From an uncultured Flavobacteriaceae bacterium (GTDB lineage Bacteria > Bacteroidota > Bacteroidia > Flavobacteriales > Flavobacteriaceae), in the NCBI GenBank assembly GCA_938011315.1, contig CALLUG010000009.1, forward strand, positions 6,130 through 70,129: DNA of 64,000 bases, in the 5' to 3' direction. The position numbers were made by a program, and so were the translations under genes. The notes beneath the pieces were generated by a model. It searched no databases. It was not told the origin of the DNA and saw only the letters and a program-made list of their open reading frames with translations. The first letter of the stretch is position 1; every line of letters begins with the position of its first letter. Positions 56,627-64,000 of this stretch are shown piece by piece.

Positions 56627-58219
56627 TTACGATATTAATGGTAATTTTATAATAAAGGTACTACCTATTCCTTTCTCACTCTCTACACTAACATGACCAT
56701 TGTGGTCGTTTACAATTTGCTTTACATAGGCAAGGCCTAATCCATGCCCTTTTACGTTATGCACGTTACCCGTATGCTCTCTATAAAACTTTTCGAACAC
56801 TTTTTTCTGAACAGACTTAGACATCCCATTACCTTGATCGGCAATTTTTATGATTATATTATTTCCAACATTTTCTGTATAAACATCAATTTTGGGTTCG
56901 TTGTCTGAATATTTTATAGCATTATCAAGAATGTTTATAATTACATTTGTAAAATGCGATTCGTTTGCTAAAATCCATGGGTTTTTGGCGTTTAAATGCA
57001 AATTGATATATCCTTTTCTATCTTCCACTATTAACTCAATATGTGTTACTGCATCTAGTATTAAGTCGTTTATTTCGACTCTATCCTTACTAATATTTAA
57101 TTGATTTTTTTCTAGTTTTGATATCCTAAGCACATTTTCTACTTGGGCATGCATTCTTTTGTTTTCTTCTTTTATCATTTTGAGATAACGCTTTACCTCT
57201 AGTTCTTTTTTTATAATTTTTGGATTTTTAATAGCGTCTAAGGCTAAGTTTATTGTTGCTATTGGTGTTTTAAACTCATGAGTCATGTTATTAATAAAGT
57301 CAGTTTTTATTTGAGATATTTGGCGCTGCTTTATGAGTTGATAAATAGAACTAGAAAACCCAACAATTATAATTCCTGTAAACAGAAATGATAATAAGGT
57401 TACGCCCAATACTGATGAAATAATATATTTATTTCGTGTAGGGAAACTAACAAATAAGGTATAATTTTCTGGGTTTGTTTCTGAAAAAATTGGATAGCCT
57501 TTGGATTTATTCCCTAAAAACAAAAAATCTTCTGTTTGTACTTTTGTCGCTAAGTCTTTGCTGTAAATTGAAAATTCATAAGGGAGTTCAATGCCTTCTC
57601 TTTTAAGACCTTCATCAATTAAGTTTTTAAGTTCATTTTTAGAAACACGTTTGTGTATGGGTTCGTTTTTGGCTTGTTCCTCATAAACCTCTTTAAACGA
57701 TTTGTTAAGTACTAACTCAGATATACTTAATACTTGTTGCTTAGTGCTTTCGAGTCTTTTTATTGTGGGCTCATTACCATCTAACTTTAAGTCATTAAGC
57801 ACTTGGGTTGTTGTCTTCTTTTTTGCAGTTAGTTTACTAACGTTTAAGTTGCTTGTACTATCTAAACCTATGTCAATGAGCGCTGGAACTTTATAATTGT
57901 CTTCTAATACTGAGGTGTCGAATATGGTTACTACATTTTTTTCGTCATCATGCTTTATTATCGATAATTCTGCATAAACTTTTGAGTCTGGTTTTCCATT
58001 TTCACTAATTAGTTTATTGAGGTTATCAACAACTTCCTTGTACTCTCTGTCTTGAACGGTTATAATAGTGTTGCTCAAAACGTTTTTAACTTTAAACCAG
58101 AACTGATCCTCTTTGTTTTTTACAGTGCTGTTTATGTAATAGCCCTGCACAAAAATGATACCAATAAGTGACAGGCTCATTAGTGCTATTAGTAAGATAA
58201 ATAGTTTTTTGCGCATCAT
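56627..58219 (-). CDS. sensor histidine kinase (two TM segments, periplasmic domain, HisKA + HATPase_c)
   Basis: H-box NNMTHEFKTPIATI, N-box LDNAIKYS, G1 DQGNGM, G2 GHGLGLA. It ends 4 nt upstream of the response-regulator start. Confidence 0.85.
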   Translation of the reverse strand: MMRKKLFILLIALMSLSLIGIIFVQGYYINSTVKNKEDQFWFKVKNVLSNTIITVQDREYKEVVDNLNKLISENGKPDSKVYAELSIIKHDDEKNVVTIFDTSVLEDNYKVPALIDIGLDSTSNLNVSKLTAKKKTTTQVLNDLKLDGNEPTIKRLESTKQQVLSISELVLNKSFKEVYEEQAKNEPIHKRVSKNELKNLIDEGLKREGIELPYEFSIYSKDLATKVQTEDFLFLGNKSKGYPIFSETNPENYTLFVSFPTRNKYIISSVLGVTLLSFLFTGIIIVGFSSSIYQLIKQRQISQIKTDFINNMTHEFKTPIATINLALDAIKNPKIIKKELEVKRYLKMIKEENKRMHAQVENVLRISKLEKNQLNISKDRVEINDLILDAVTHIELIVEDRKGYINLHLNAKNPWILANESHFTNVIINILDNAIKYSDNEPKIDVYTENVGNNIIIKIADQGNGMSKSVQKKVFEKFYREHTGNVHNVKGHGLGLAYVKQIVNDHNGHVSVESEKGIGSTFIIKLPLIS

Positions 58220-58287
58220 CCAAAATTAGTATATTAAAACTTATAGAAATTCTTATTTAACCTCATCTTAACAAAAATGTTAAATTT

Positions 58288-58866
58288 TTAGTTTTTAAGT
58301 AATTTATTGTGAATGTGTTTTACTTGGAGTTTGGTGTCCGGTAGTGAAGTGTTGGTAATCACAAATTGCGAATGTTTTATCTTTTTTTCGTCACTCCATT
58401 GATTGTTTATAATAGACATAACATTTTTTTTGGACGAGTTATCTCTAGCAATCACACGTGCTATTCTAATATCTATTGGTGCTGTTACGGTAATAATAGT
58501 ATCGTATCGTTTATAACTACCGTTTTCAAACAAGATAGCAGCTTCTTTTATAAGATAAGGCGCTTTTTGTTTTACAACCCATTTATTAAAATGTTTTGTA
58601 ACCTCGGGGTGCACAATAGCGTTTACTTTTTTTAGAAACTCACTATTGTTAAAAATTTTCTCTGATAGTAATGTTTTATTTAATTGCTTGTTTATGTATG
58701 CTTTTTCTCCAAAAAGAGCAATTAGCTCTTGTTTAATTATATTAGAGGTATTCATTAATTTTTTGGCTTCGATATCGGCAATATAAATAGGGATGCCTAA
58801 ACCTGAAAACAGCTTCGCTACTGTTGTTTTTCCGCTTCCTATACCTCCTGTTAGCCCTACAATCAT
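58288..58866 (-). CDS. coaE: dephospho-CoA kinase
   Basis: P-loop GLTGGIGSGKTT and typical CoaE length (192 aa). Confidence 0.9.
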   Translation of the reverse strand: MIVGLTGGIGSGKTTVAKLFSGLGIPIYIADIEAKKLMNTSNIIKQELIALFGEKAYINKQLNKTLLSEKIFNNSEFLKKVNAIVHPEVTKHFNKWVVKQKAPYLIKEAAILFENGSYKRYDTIITVTAPIDIRIARVIARDNSSKKNVMSIINNQWSDEKKIKHSQFVITNTSLPDTKLQVKHIHNKLLKN

Positions 58867-59819
58867 TGTATTAAAATAAATTCTATACGTTTTACATTCA
58901 TTTTTATATGTTTTACCCGACTAGGAGATTCTGTAATTTTAGGGATTAAATAGGTGGCGTTTTCTTTTAGGTCACTATAGTCGCACTCAATTTTAAAATT
59001 GTTTGGGGATATAAACTTATAGTTATTTAAACTTGCAGAAAATGTTACAGGTATTGTTTTGGGGTAAAACTTTATTTTGGTAGTTTTAGGAACATTTGTA
59101 ATTAGTACAGGGATGTCTAACAGGCCTTCTGTAAATTTTTCGACCTCTCCTTTTAGGCTTACCTCTGTGCTTAATAATTTTAGATTTTTAGTTGCATTAG
59201 GATGCTTTAGTTTAACTTTAGTATTTATGTTTTTATTGACATTCTCTATAGTAATATGTTCAGTATAAACAGCATTAATAGTATCAATAAGTGCTTTTGC
59301 ACCAATTAGTTTAACGGAGTCTGGCTTTATTTTTAAAGGCGCTGTCAAATTAAATCCAGATAAAAATGTAATAGTCTTGTTTGCTATAACAGGAACTTGT
59401 TTTATCGTGTTAGTTCCGTAAGAAAACATTAAAGTGTCTGGCATGATACTGGTTACTTTTATTTTGGCATCAAATTGAGAAATAACATTAGGAGTATCTT
59501 GGCGTGCCGTCCAAATGTAATGTGTTTTGTTTTTTTGAAGATTAGAAAAATCTATAGTTATAGAGGGGGTTTTAAAATAGTAAGATACTAGCTTAAATCC
59601 ATAAGTATTTAGGGTAATCGTTATTGATTGGCTTGTTGAGGCAACAACTTTGTCTTCAGGAAGGTTAATAGGCTTTATTGTAAACACTATAGTTTTGGTG
59701 TAATTTGTAGATAGCTTTGTAAGTACAGAAAATACTAAAGCTAGGGTCAAAAACACCAAAAAGATATTAAGCTTCTTTTTTTTTAAGTAGTAACTTATGT
59801 GTTCTTTGTAATTAATCAT
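58863..59819 (-). CDS. YbbR-like domain protein (single N-terminal TM)
   Basis: 318 aa with an N-terminal TM segment followed by repeated beta-rich modules. Assigned from recalled Flavobacteriia annotation of the coaE-upstream gene. It shares a 4-nt overlap with coaE. Confidence 0.5.
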   Translation of the reverse strand: MINYKEHISYYLKKKKLNIFLVFLTLALVFSVLTKLSTNYTKTIVFTIKPINLPEDKVVASTSQSITITLNTYGFKLVSYYFKTPSITIDFSNLQKNKTHYIWTARQDTPNVISQFDAKIKVTSIMPDTLMFSYGTNTIKQVPVIANKTITFLSGFNLTAPLKIKPDSVKLIGAKALIDTINAVYTEHITIENVNKNINTKVKLKHPNATKNLKLLSTEVSLKGEVEKFTEGLLDIPVLITNVPKTTKIKFYPKTIPVTFSASLNNYKFISPNNFKIECDYSDLKENATYLIPKITESPSRVKHIKMNVKRIEFILIQ

Positions 59820-60835
59820 TATGATTTTTTGAAAAATAAATGTGGGAATTGCTTTTCTGCGTCTAAAGATGAGATATTAAGCTTAATAGTAGATTTTAAA
59901 AATCCATAGCCGTAAGCAAAAAACTGAATGCTTATAGCTAACACAGATAGTATAGCAACTTTTAATTGTCTTGTTGTAACCAGTGCAACTAAAAAGCTTA
60001 TTGCAAAATAAAAGATATACATTGCAATTGCATATTTAAAATTGAATATAAGTAGAAATAAAGAAAATATAAGTCCTAAACAGAATATTGTTGGAAACCA
60101 GTAAGTTAATTTTTGTGTTTCTGGGTACCATGTGTTTAATATAGGTCTTGTTAGTCCAAATTTATGAACTTGTTTGTAAAACTTAGCCCATGATATACGA
60201 CGCTTATGAAACACATAGGCTTCTGGAATTAACATTGTTTTAAATCCTATTTTTTTTAGTCTAATTGACAAATCTGGATCTTCTCCAGGATGGATTCTTC
60301 CAAAACCTTTTGTTGTTTTAAAGGCTTCTTTTGAGATTCCCATATTAAAGCTACGTGGTTGAAATTTGTTTACGCTGAGTTTATGGCCTCTTATTCCTCC
60401 AGTAGTTATAAACGATGTCATTGAAAAATTAATTGCTTTTTGCAATTCTGTAAATGAGCTATGAGCTTTATCTGGACCACCAAAACAATCAACGTAATGT
60501 TTATTTAACTGTGTTAAAACAGCGGTTAAGTAGGTTTTTGGTAAAATACAATCGGAATCTAAAATTATAAAATACTTTCCTTTAGCCATTGTCATTCCGT
60601 AATTTCTGGAACTTCCTGGACCGGAGTTCGGCTTAAAATAATATGAAATGTTTAGCGCTTTTGAGTAAGTTGCTACACAAGTATCAGCACGTAAGGTAGA
60701 TCCATCTTCTACAATAACAATTTCAAAGGTTAGCTGTCCATTTAGTTTTGTAAAGCTTTCTAAAAGTTCTTTAATTTCATCTGGTCTATTGTACACAGGT
60801 ATTATAAAAGAGATATCGCTAGCTTTTAATTTCAT
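59819..60835 (-). CDS. family 2 glycosyltransferase with C-terminal membrane anchor
   Basis: GT-A motifs IIPVYNRPDEI, VEDGS and LDSDC, then C-terminal hydrophobic helices. Confidence 0.75.
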   Translation of the reverse strand: MKLKASDISFIIPVYNRPDEIKELLESFTKLNGQLTFEIVIVEDGSTLRADTCVATYSKALNISYYFKPNSGPGSSRNYGMTMAKGKYFIILDSDCILPKTYLTAVLTQLNKHYVDCFGGPDKAHSSFTELQKAINFSMTSFITTGGIRGHKLSVNKFQPRSFNMGISKEAFKTTKGFGRIHPGEDPDLSIRLKKIGFKTMLIPEAYVFHKRRISWAKFYKQVHKFGLTRPILNTWYPETQKLTYWFPTIFCLGLIFSLFLLIFNFKYAIAMYIFYFAISFLVALVTTRQLKVAILSVLAISIQFFAYGYGFLKSTIKLNISSLDAEKQFPHLFFKKS

Positions 60836-60889
60836 AATTACAAATATAAGTAAACCCTTTGATTTTAGGTTTTAGCGAAAGGCTATAAG

Positions 60890-60917
60890 AAAAAAAAGAC
60901 TGCCTTTTAAGGCAGCC
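60890..60917 (-). terminator. intrinsic terminator after the yceI-like gene
   Basis: In the minus-strand sense: ggctgcc-ttaaaa-ggcagtc hairpin followed by T8 (plus-strand A-run 60890-60897). Confidence 0.55.
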
Positions 60918-60956
60918 TCTTTTAGAATAATATTATTGTTATGAAAAATCTATTTG

Positions 60957-61595
60957 TTATAAAGGATTGGCTGTAATATCTATTTTTAACTCAATATCAT
61001 CGCTAATAAAACGATCTCCCAAATTATCAAAAAAGGATTTTGAGCCATAGCGAACATTCCATTTGCTACGATCTATAGTAAATGTTTCGCTAACTAGCGT
61101 AATATTATCTCCAGCATTACTAACTGTTACAGGAAAACTAATAGAGTTTGTTTTGCCTTTCATGGTAAAATCTCCAGTAAGCATTGTTTTGCCATTTTCT
61201 TTGTCAAATCCAGTAACCTCGAAAGTTGCGGTAGGGTAGGCTTCAACGTCAAAAAAGTGCTCACCTTTTAGATGACCTTCCAAGCGCTTATTGTCGTGAG
61301 CTTCTTTTATAGATGCCATTTCTATAGTAAAAGTTCCTGCGGATAATTTATTTTTTTTAGCTGAAAAATTCCCTTTCAACAATTTTATAGTTCCACCATG
61401 ATATCCTGTTGGTTTAGAACCTTTCCACGCAATAGTAGATGTATTAATATCCACCGCATACTGAGAAGCGACAAAAACAGTTGGGAAAGTAGAAATGTTA
61501 GTTTTTGTGTCAATCTTTGTAGTATTGCTAGTAAAACTAACAATAGTTATAGCTACTACGATAATAGCCGCTAGACTTAAAATTTTATGTTTCAT
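60957..61595 (-). CDS. YceI-family lipid/polyisoprenoid-binding periplasmic protein
   Basis: Signal peptide MKHKILSLAAIIVVAITIV and YceI pattern (I.W.G.KP.......G......G). The ATG at 61595 is preferred over 61742, which would add an implausible hydrophobic extension. Confidence 0.8.
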   Translation of the reverse strand: MKHKILSLAAIIVVAITIVSFTSNTTKIDTKTNISTFPTVFVASQYAVDINTSTIAWKGSKPTGYHGGTIKLLKGNFSAKKNKLSAGTFTIEMASIKEAHDNKRLEGHLKGEHFFDVEAYPTATFEVTGFDKENGKTMLTGDFTMKGKTNSISFPVTVSNAGDNITLVSETFTIDRSKWNVRYGSKSFFDNLGDRFISDDIELKIDITANPL

Positions 61596-61674
61596 GTTTA
61601 TACGTTTTATAATTATGACGTAAAAATATAAAGTTACTAACCAAATAGCGTTAAAAAAGAAATAAATTATGCAG

Positions 61675-61713
61675 TGACATTTTGACATTTTAATAATAAT
61701 GGCAGTACTTTTG
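61675..61713 (+). promoter_or_regulatory. candidate grpE-dnaJ promoter: tandem TGACATTT x2, including a -33-like TTTG, and -7 box TACTTTTG
   Basis: TGACATTTTGACATTT at 61675-61690, TTTG at 61681-61684, a 21-nt spacer, then TACTTTTG at 61706-61713. The grpE ATG is at 61755. Confidence 0.35.
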
Positions 61714-61754
61714 CGAATAATTACTAAGTAAAGAATTAACACCTTAAAGTAGCA

Positions 61755-62336
61755 ATGAGTAAAAAAGCTAAAAAAAAGAATATAACTACAACTTCTGAAA
61801 ATTTAGAAGCAGAAACTATAGCACAAGAAGAGCTTACAAAAAATGAAGCGCAAGACACCATAAAGCAAGAGGTCGATAAACGCTCTGAGGAAGAAAAGCT
61901 TAAAGATGAAGCACAAGCCGAAAAAGATAAATTTCTTCGTTTGTTTGCAGAATTTGAAAATTACAAAAAACGAACTACTAAAGAACGTATTGAGCTTTTT
62001 AAAACCGCAAGTCAAGACGTGATGATTGCAATGCTTCCTGTTTTGGACGATTTTGAACGTGCTTTAAACCATATTGAAGATGATAAAGAGGCCGAAGATT
62101 TGCGTAAAGGCGTATTACTAATTTATCAAAAATTAATATCAACATTAAAAACCAAAGGACTAGATGTAATAGAGGTAAAGCAAGGCGATCTTTTTGATGC
62201 AGATAACCACGAAGCGGTTACCCAAATTCCTGCACCTAGCGACGACATGAAAGGGAAAATTATAGACGTTATTGAAAAAGGATATCAACTAGGAGACAAA
62301 GTAATTCGTTTCCCTAAAGTTGTTATTGGTCAATAA
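61755..62336 (+). CDS. grpE: nucleotide exchange factor GrpE
   Basis: K/E-rich N-terminus, then LRL.AEFENY.KR and the C-terminal beta domain (GY.L.DKVIR...V). Confidence 0.9.
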   Translation: MSKKAKKKNITTTSENLEAETIAQEELTKNEAQDTIKQEVDKRSEEEKLKDEAQAEKDKFLRLFAEFENYKKRTTKERIELFKTASQDVMIAMLPVLDDFERALNHIEDDKEAEDLRKGVLLIYQKLISTLKTKGLDVIEVKQGDLFDADNHEAVTQIPAPSDDMKGKIIDVIEKGYQLGDKVIRFPKVVIGQ

Positions 62337-62368
62337 TAAATACCACACATAGTTAGCTATAATATATT

Positions 62369-63484
62369 ATGAAAGAAGATTTTTATCAAGTATTAGGATT
62401 AAGCAAAGGCGCAACAGCGGCAGAAATAAAAAAGGCCTATCGGAAAATGGCATTAAAATACCATCCGGACAAAAACCCAGATGACAAAACTGCCGAAGAT
62501 AAGTTTAAAAAAGCAGCTGAAGCCTACGAAATCCTTAGCGACCCAAATAAAAAACAACGTTATGATCAGTTTGGACATCAAGCCTTTGAGGGTGCCTCAG
62601 GCGGTGGTGGTTTTGGCGGCGGTGGTATGAATATGGACGACATCTTTAGCCAGTTTGGAGATATTTTTGGTAATAGCGATGGTTTTGGCGGTTTTGGTGG
62701 TGGCTCCAGACAGCGTAGAGTAAAAGGGAGCAATCTACGTATTAGGGTTACGCTAACCCTTGAAGAAATAGCCAATGGCACAGAAAAAAAGATAAAAGTA
62801 AAACGAAAAAAACAAGCTAAAGGCACAACTTACAAAACATGTTCAACCTGCAATGGTAGTGGGCAGGTAACTAGAATTACTAATACGATTTTAGGCAGAA
62901 TGCAAACAGCCTCACCATGCACAACTTGTGGGGGAGCAGGACAAATGATTGACAAAAAACCTACTAATGCTGATGCACATGGCTTAATACAAACCGAAGA
63001 AACAGTGTCTATAAAAATTCCTGCAGGCGTAGTAGATGGTATGCAGTTAAAAGTCTCAGGGAAAGGAAATGAAGCTCCAGGCAATGGAGTTTCAGGAGAT
63101 TTACTGGTAGCAATTCAAGAAAAGGAAGACCAAACACTACAGCGCGAAGGAGATAACTTACATTACGATTTGTACATAAGCCTTTCAGATGCAGTGTTAG
63201 GAACTTCTAAAGATATTGATGCAGTTACAGGTAAAGTTCGTATAAAAATAGAACCAGGAGTGCAATCTGGAAAAATATTGCGTTTGCGCGGCAAAGGTAT
63301 TCCAAGCATAAATGGCTACGGGAAAGGAGATCTCTTAGTACACGTTAATGTGTGGACCCCTAAAACATTGAGCAAAGAACAAAAGAAGTTTTTTGAAAAC
63401 ATGCGACACGACGAGCATTTTAATCCAAAGCCTGAAAGCTCAGACAAATCTTTTTTTGAAAAAGTAAAAGATATGTTTTCTTAA
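62369..63484 (+). CDS. dnaJ: molecular chaperone DnaJ (only two CxxCxGxG motifs present)
   Basis: J domain with HPD (YHPDKN), a G/F-rich region, a Cys-rich region with CSTCNGSG and CTTCGGAG only, and C-terminal substrate-binding domains. Confidence 0.95.
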   Translation: MKEDFYQVLGLSKGATAAEIKKAYRKMALKYHPDKNPDDKTAEDKFKKAAEAYEILSDPNKKQRYDQFGHQAFEGASGGGGFGGGGMNMDDIFSQFGDIFGNSDGFGGFGGGSRQRRVKGSNLRIRVTLTLEEIANGTEKKIKVKRKKQAKGTTYKTCSTCNGSGQVTRITNTILGRMQTASPCTTCGGAGQMIDKKPTNADAHGLIQTEETVSIKIPAGVVDGMQLKVSGKGNEAPGNGVSGDLLVAIQEKEDQTLQREGDNLHYDLYISLSDAVLGTSKDIDAVTGKVRIKIEPGVQSGKILRLRGKGIPSINGYGKGDLLVHVNVWTPKTLSKEQKKFFENMRHDEHFNPKPESSDKSFFEKVKDMFS

Positions 63485-63624
63485 AAAAAATAAGCTTTGT
63501 AAGTTATTAAACTTAAATATATTATAAAATTTAAATTATTTGATGACAGTGTCATAAAAAAACATTATATTTGAACATCATTGATATTATCGATGATAAT
63601 TTTCTTTTTCATAGCAATTTTTTT

Positions 63625-63667
63625 CCCATCCTTTTTTATTTTTTTTTAAAGGATGGGTTTGTTTTTT
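63625..63667 (+). terminator. strong intrinsic terminator about 140 nt downstream of the dnaJ stop
   Basis: Perfect 10-bp stem cccatccttt (63625-63634) / aaaggatggg (63648-63657), followed by tttgtttttt. Confidence 0.65.
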
Positions 63668-63731
63668 AAACTCTCAAAATAAACTACTGTAACATTATAT
63701 TATATTTACACTCTTATTATAAAAATTAGTT

Positions 63732-64000
63732 ATGAATAACATATTAGTTGCCGAATCTGTATCGAAAAATTTTGGCGATTTTAAAGCCCTAAATAATGTA
63801 TCTATTACAGTTCCAAAAGGTAGTATTTTTGGACTGCTAGGGCCTAATGGCGCAGGAAAAACAACATTAATTAGGATTATTAATCAAATTACAATGCCAG
63901 ATACAGGCAAAGTTATTTTAGACAACTCGCCGCTACAACCTAAGCATATTAAAGATATAGGCTACTTGCCCGAAGAACGAGGATTGTATAAATCTATGAA
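63732..64000 (+). CDS. ABC transporter ATP-binding protein (3' end cut by window edge)
   Basis: Hand translation: MNNILVAESVSKNFGDFKALNNVSITVPKGSIFGLLGPNGAGKTTLIRII..., with Walker A GPNGAGKTT. The frame is open to the window end. Confidence 0.8.
   Translation, partial: MNNILVAESVSKNFGDFKALNNVSITVPKGSIFGLLGPNGAGKTTLIRIINQITMPDTGKVILDNSPLQPKHIKDIGYLPEERGLYKSM

Noticed and set aside
63583-63630. 15-codon minus-strand ORF (MKKKIIIDNINDVQI) in the dnaJ-downstream region
   Set aside because: It is too short, and I have no supporting evidence that it is a coding feature. The region is better explained as a 3' UTR or small RNA.
1-64000. Search for CRISPR arrays, tRNA/rRNA genes, IS elements, integrases, prophage or known defence-system genes
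   Set aside because: On visual inspection I found no repeat-spacer periodicity, no tRNA-like T-arm motifs (GGTTCGAAT-type), no transposase, recombinase or nuclease-helicase ORFs. The window appears to be core chromosome apart from the glycan locus.

Overview
This window reads as a chromosomal segment from a low-GC Bacteroidota genome, probably Flavobacteriia. Supporting signs are a fused E1 alpha/beta 2-oxoacid dehydrogenase, TAnnTTTG-type promoter boxes, short leaders and many overlapping start/stop codons. Coding density is high and most genes are housekeeping. I saw no rRNA, tRNA, CRISPR array, transposase, integrase or recognisable phage or defence genes.

Layout:
- nt 1-13741 (+): one co-directional array. 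It holds the distal phenylacetate (paa) catabolic genes paaD (5' truncated), paaG, paaH, paaI, paaJ, paaZ, a second crotonase and paaY. These run straight into a 2-oxoacid dehydrogenase E2, a branched-chain aminotransferase, a fused E1 alpha/beta and a PhyH-like dioxygenase.
- nt 13821-19281 (-): GT2 glycosyltransferase, methyltransferase-like protein, KAS III and gcvP.
- nt 19402-26821: a polytopic membrane protein, an ECF sigma factor with a small soluble ZAS-type anti-sigma factor, and a TetR / small acidic protein / ABC / HlyD / TolC export operon.
- nt 26828-35753: core genes (HAD hydrolase, dcp, purE, purK, adk, obg, def, ruvX, dapD).
- nt 35871-42802: a cell-envelope glycan locus. It has two tandem YrbL-family kinase-like paralogues, a LicC-like nucleotidyltransferase, a TagF-like phosphotransferase, a GT2, a Kdo/WaaP-family kinase, a WbbI-like galactofuranosyltransferase and glf.
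- nt 42815-64000: more core genes (tsaC, CCA-type nucleotidyltransferase, ctaA, rlmH, nadC, yihY, priA, glyA, fahA, two-component genes, coaE, yceI, grpE, dnaJ, a partial ABC ATPase).

Most interesting observations:
1. The YrbL-like kinase pair placed divergently from a LicC-like/TagF-like/GT2 operon. This could be an uncharacterised kinase -> nucleotidyltransferase -> phosphotransferase decoration pathway.
2. The paa genes joined to aminotransferase, 2-oxoacid dehydrogenase and PhyH genes.
3. PaaZ carrying an extra C-terminal DinB/DUF1569-like domain.
4. An ABC exporter whose nucleotide-binding domain keeps Walker A but lacks the signature, Walker B Asp-Glu and H-loop His.
5. An RsrA-like spacing of Cys/His residues in the small anti-sigma factor.
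6. A DnaJ that keeps only two of the four CxxCxGxG zinc motifs.

All functional calls come from motif and family recognition by eye. No database search was run.
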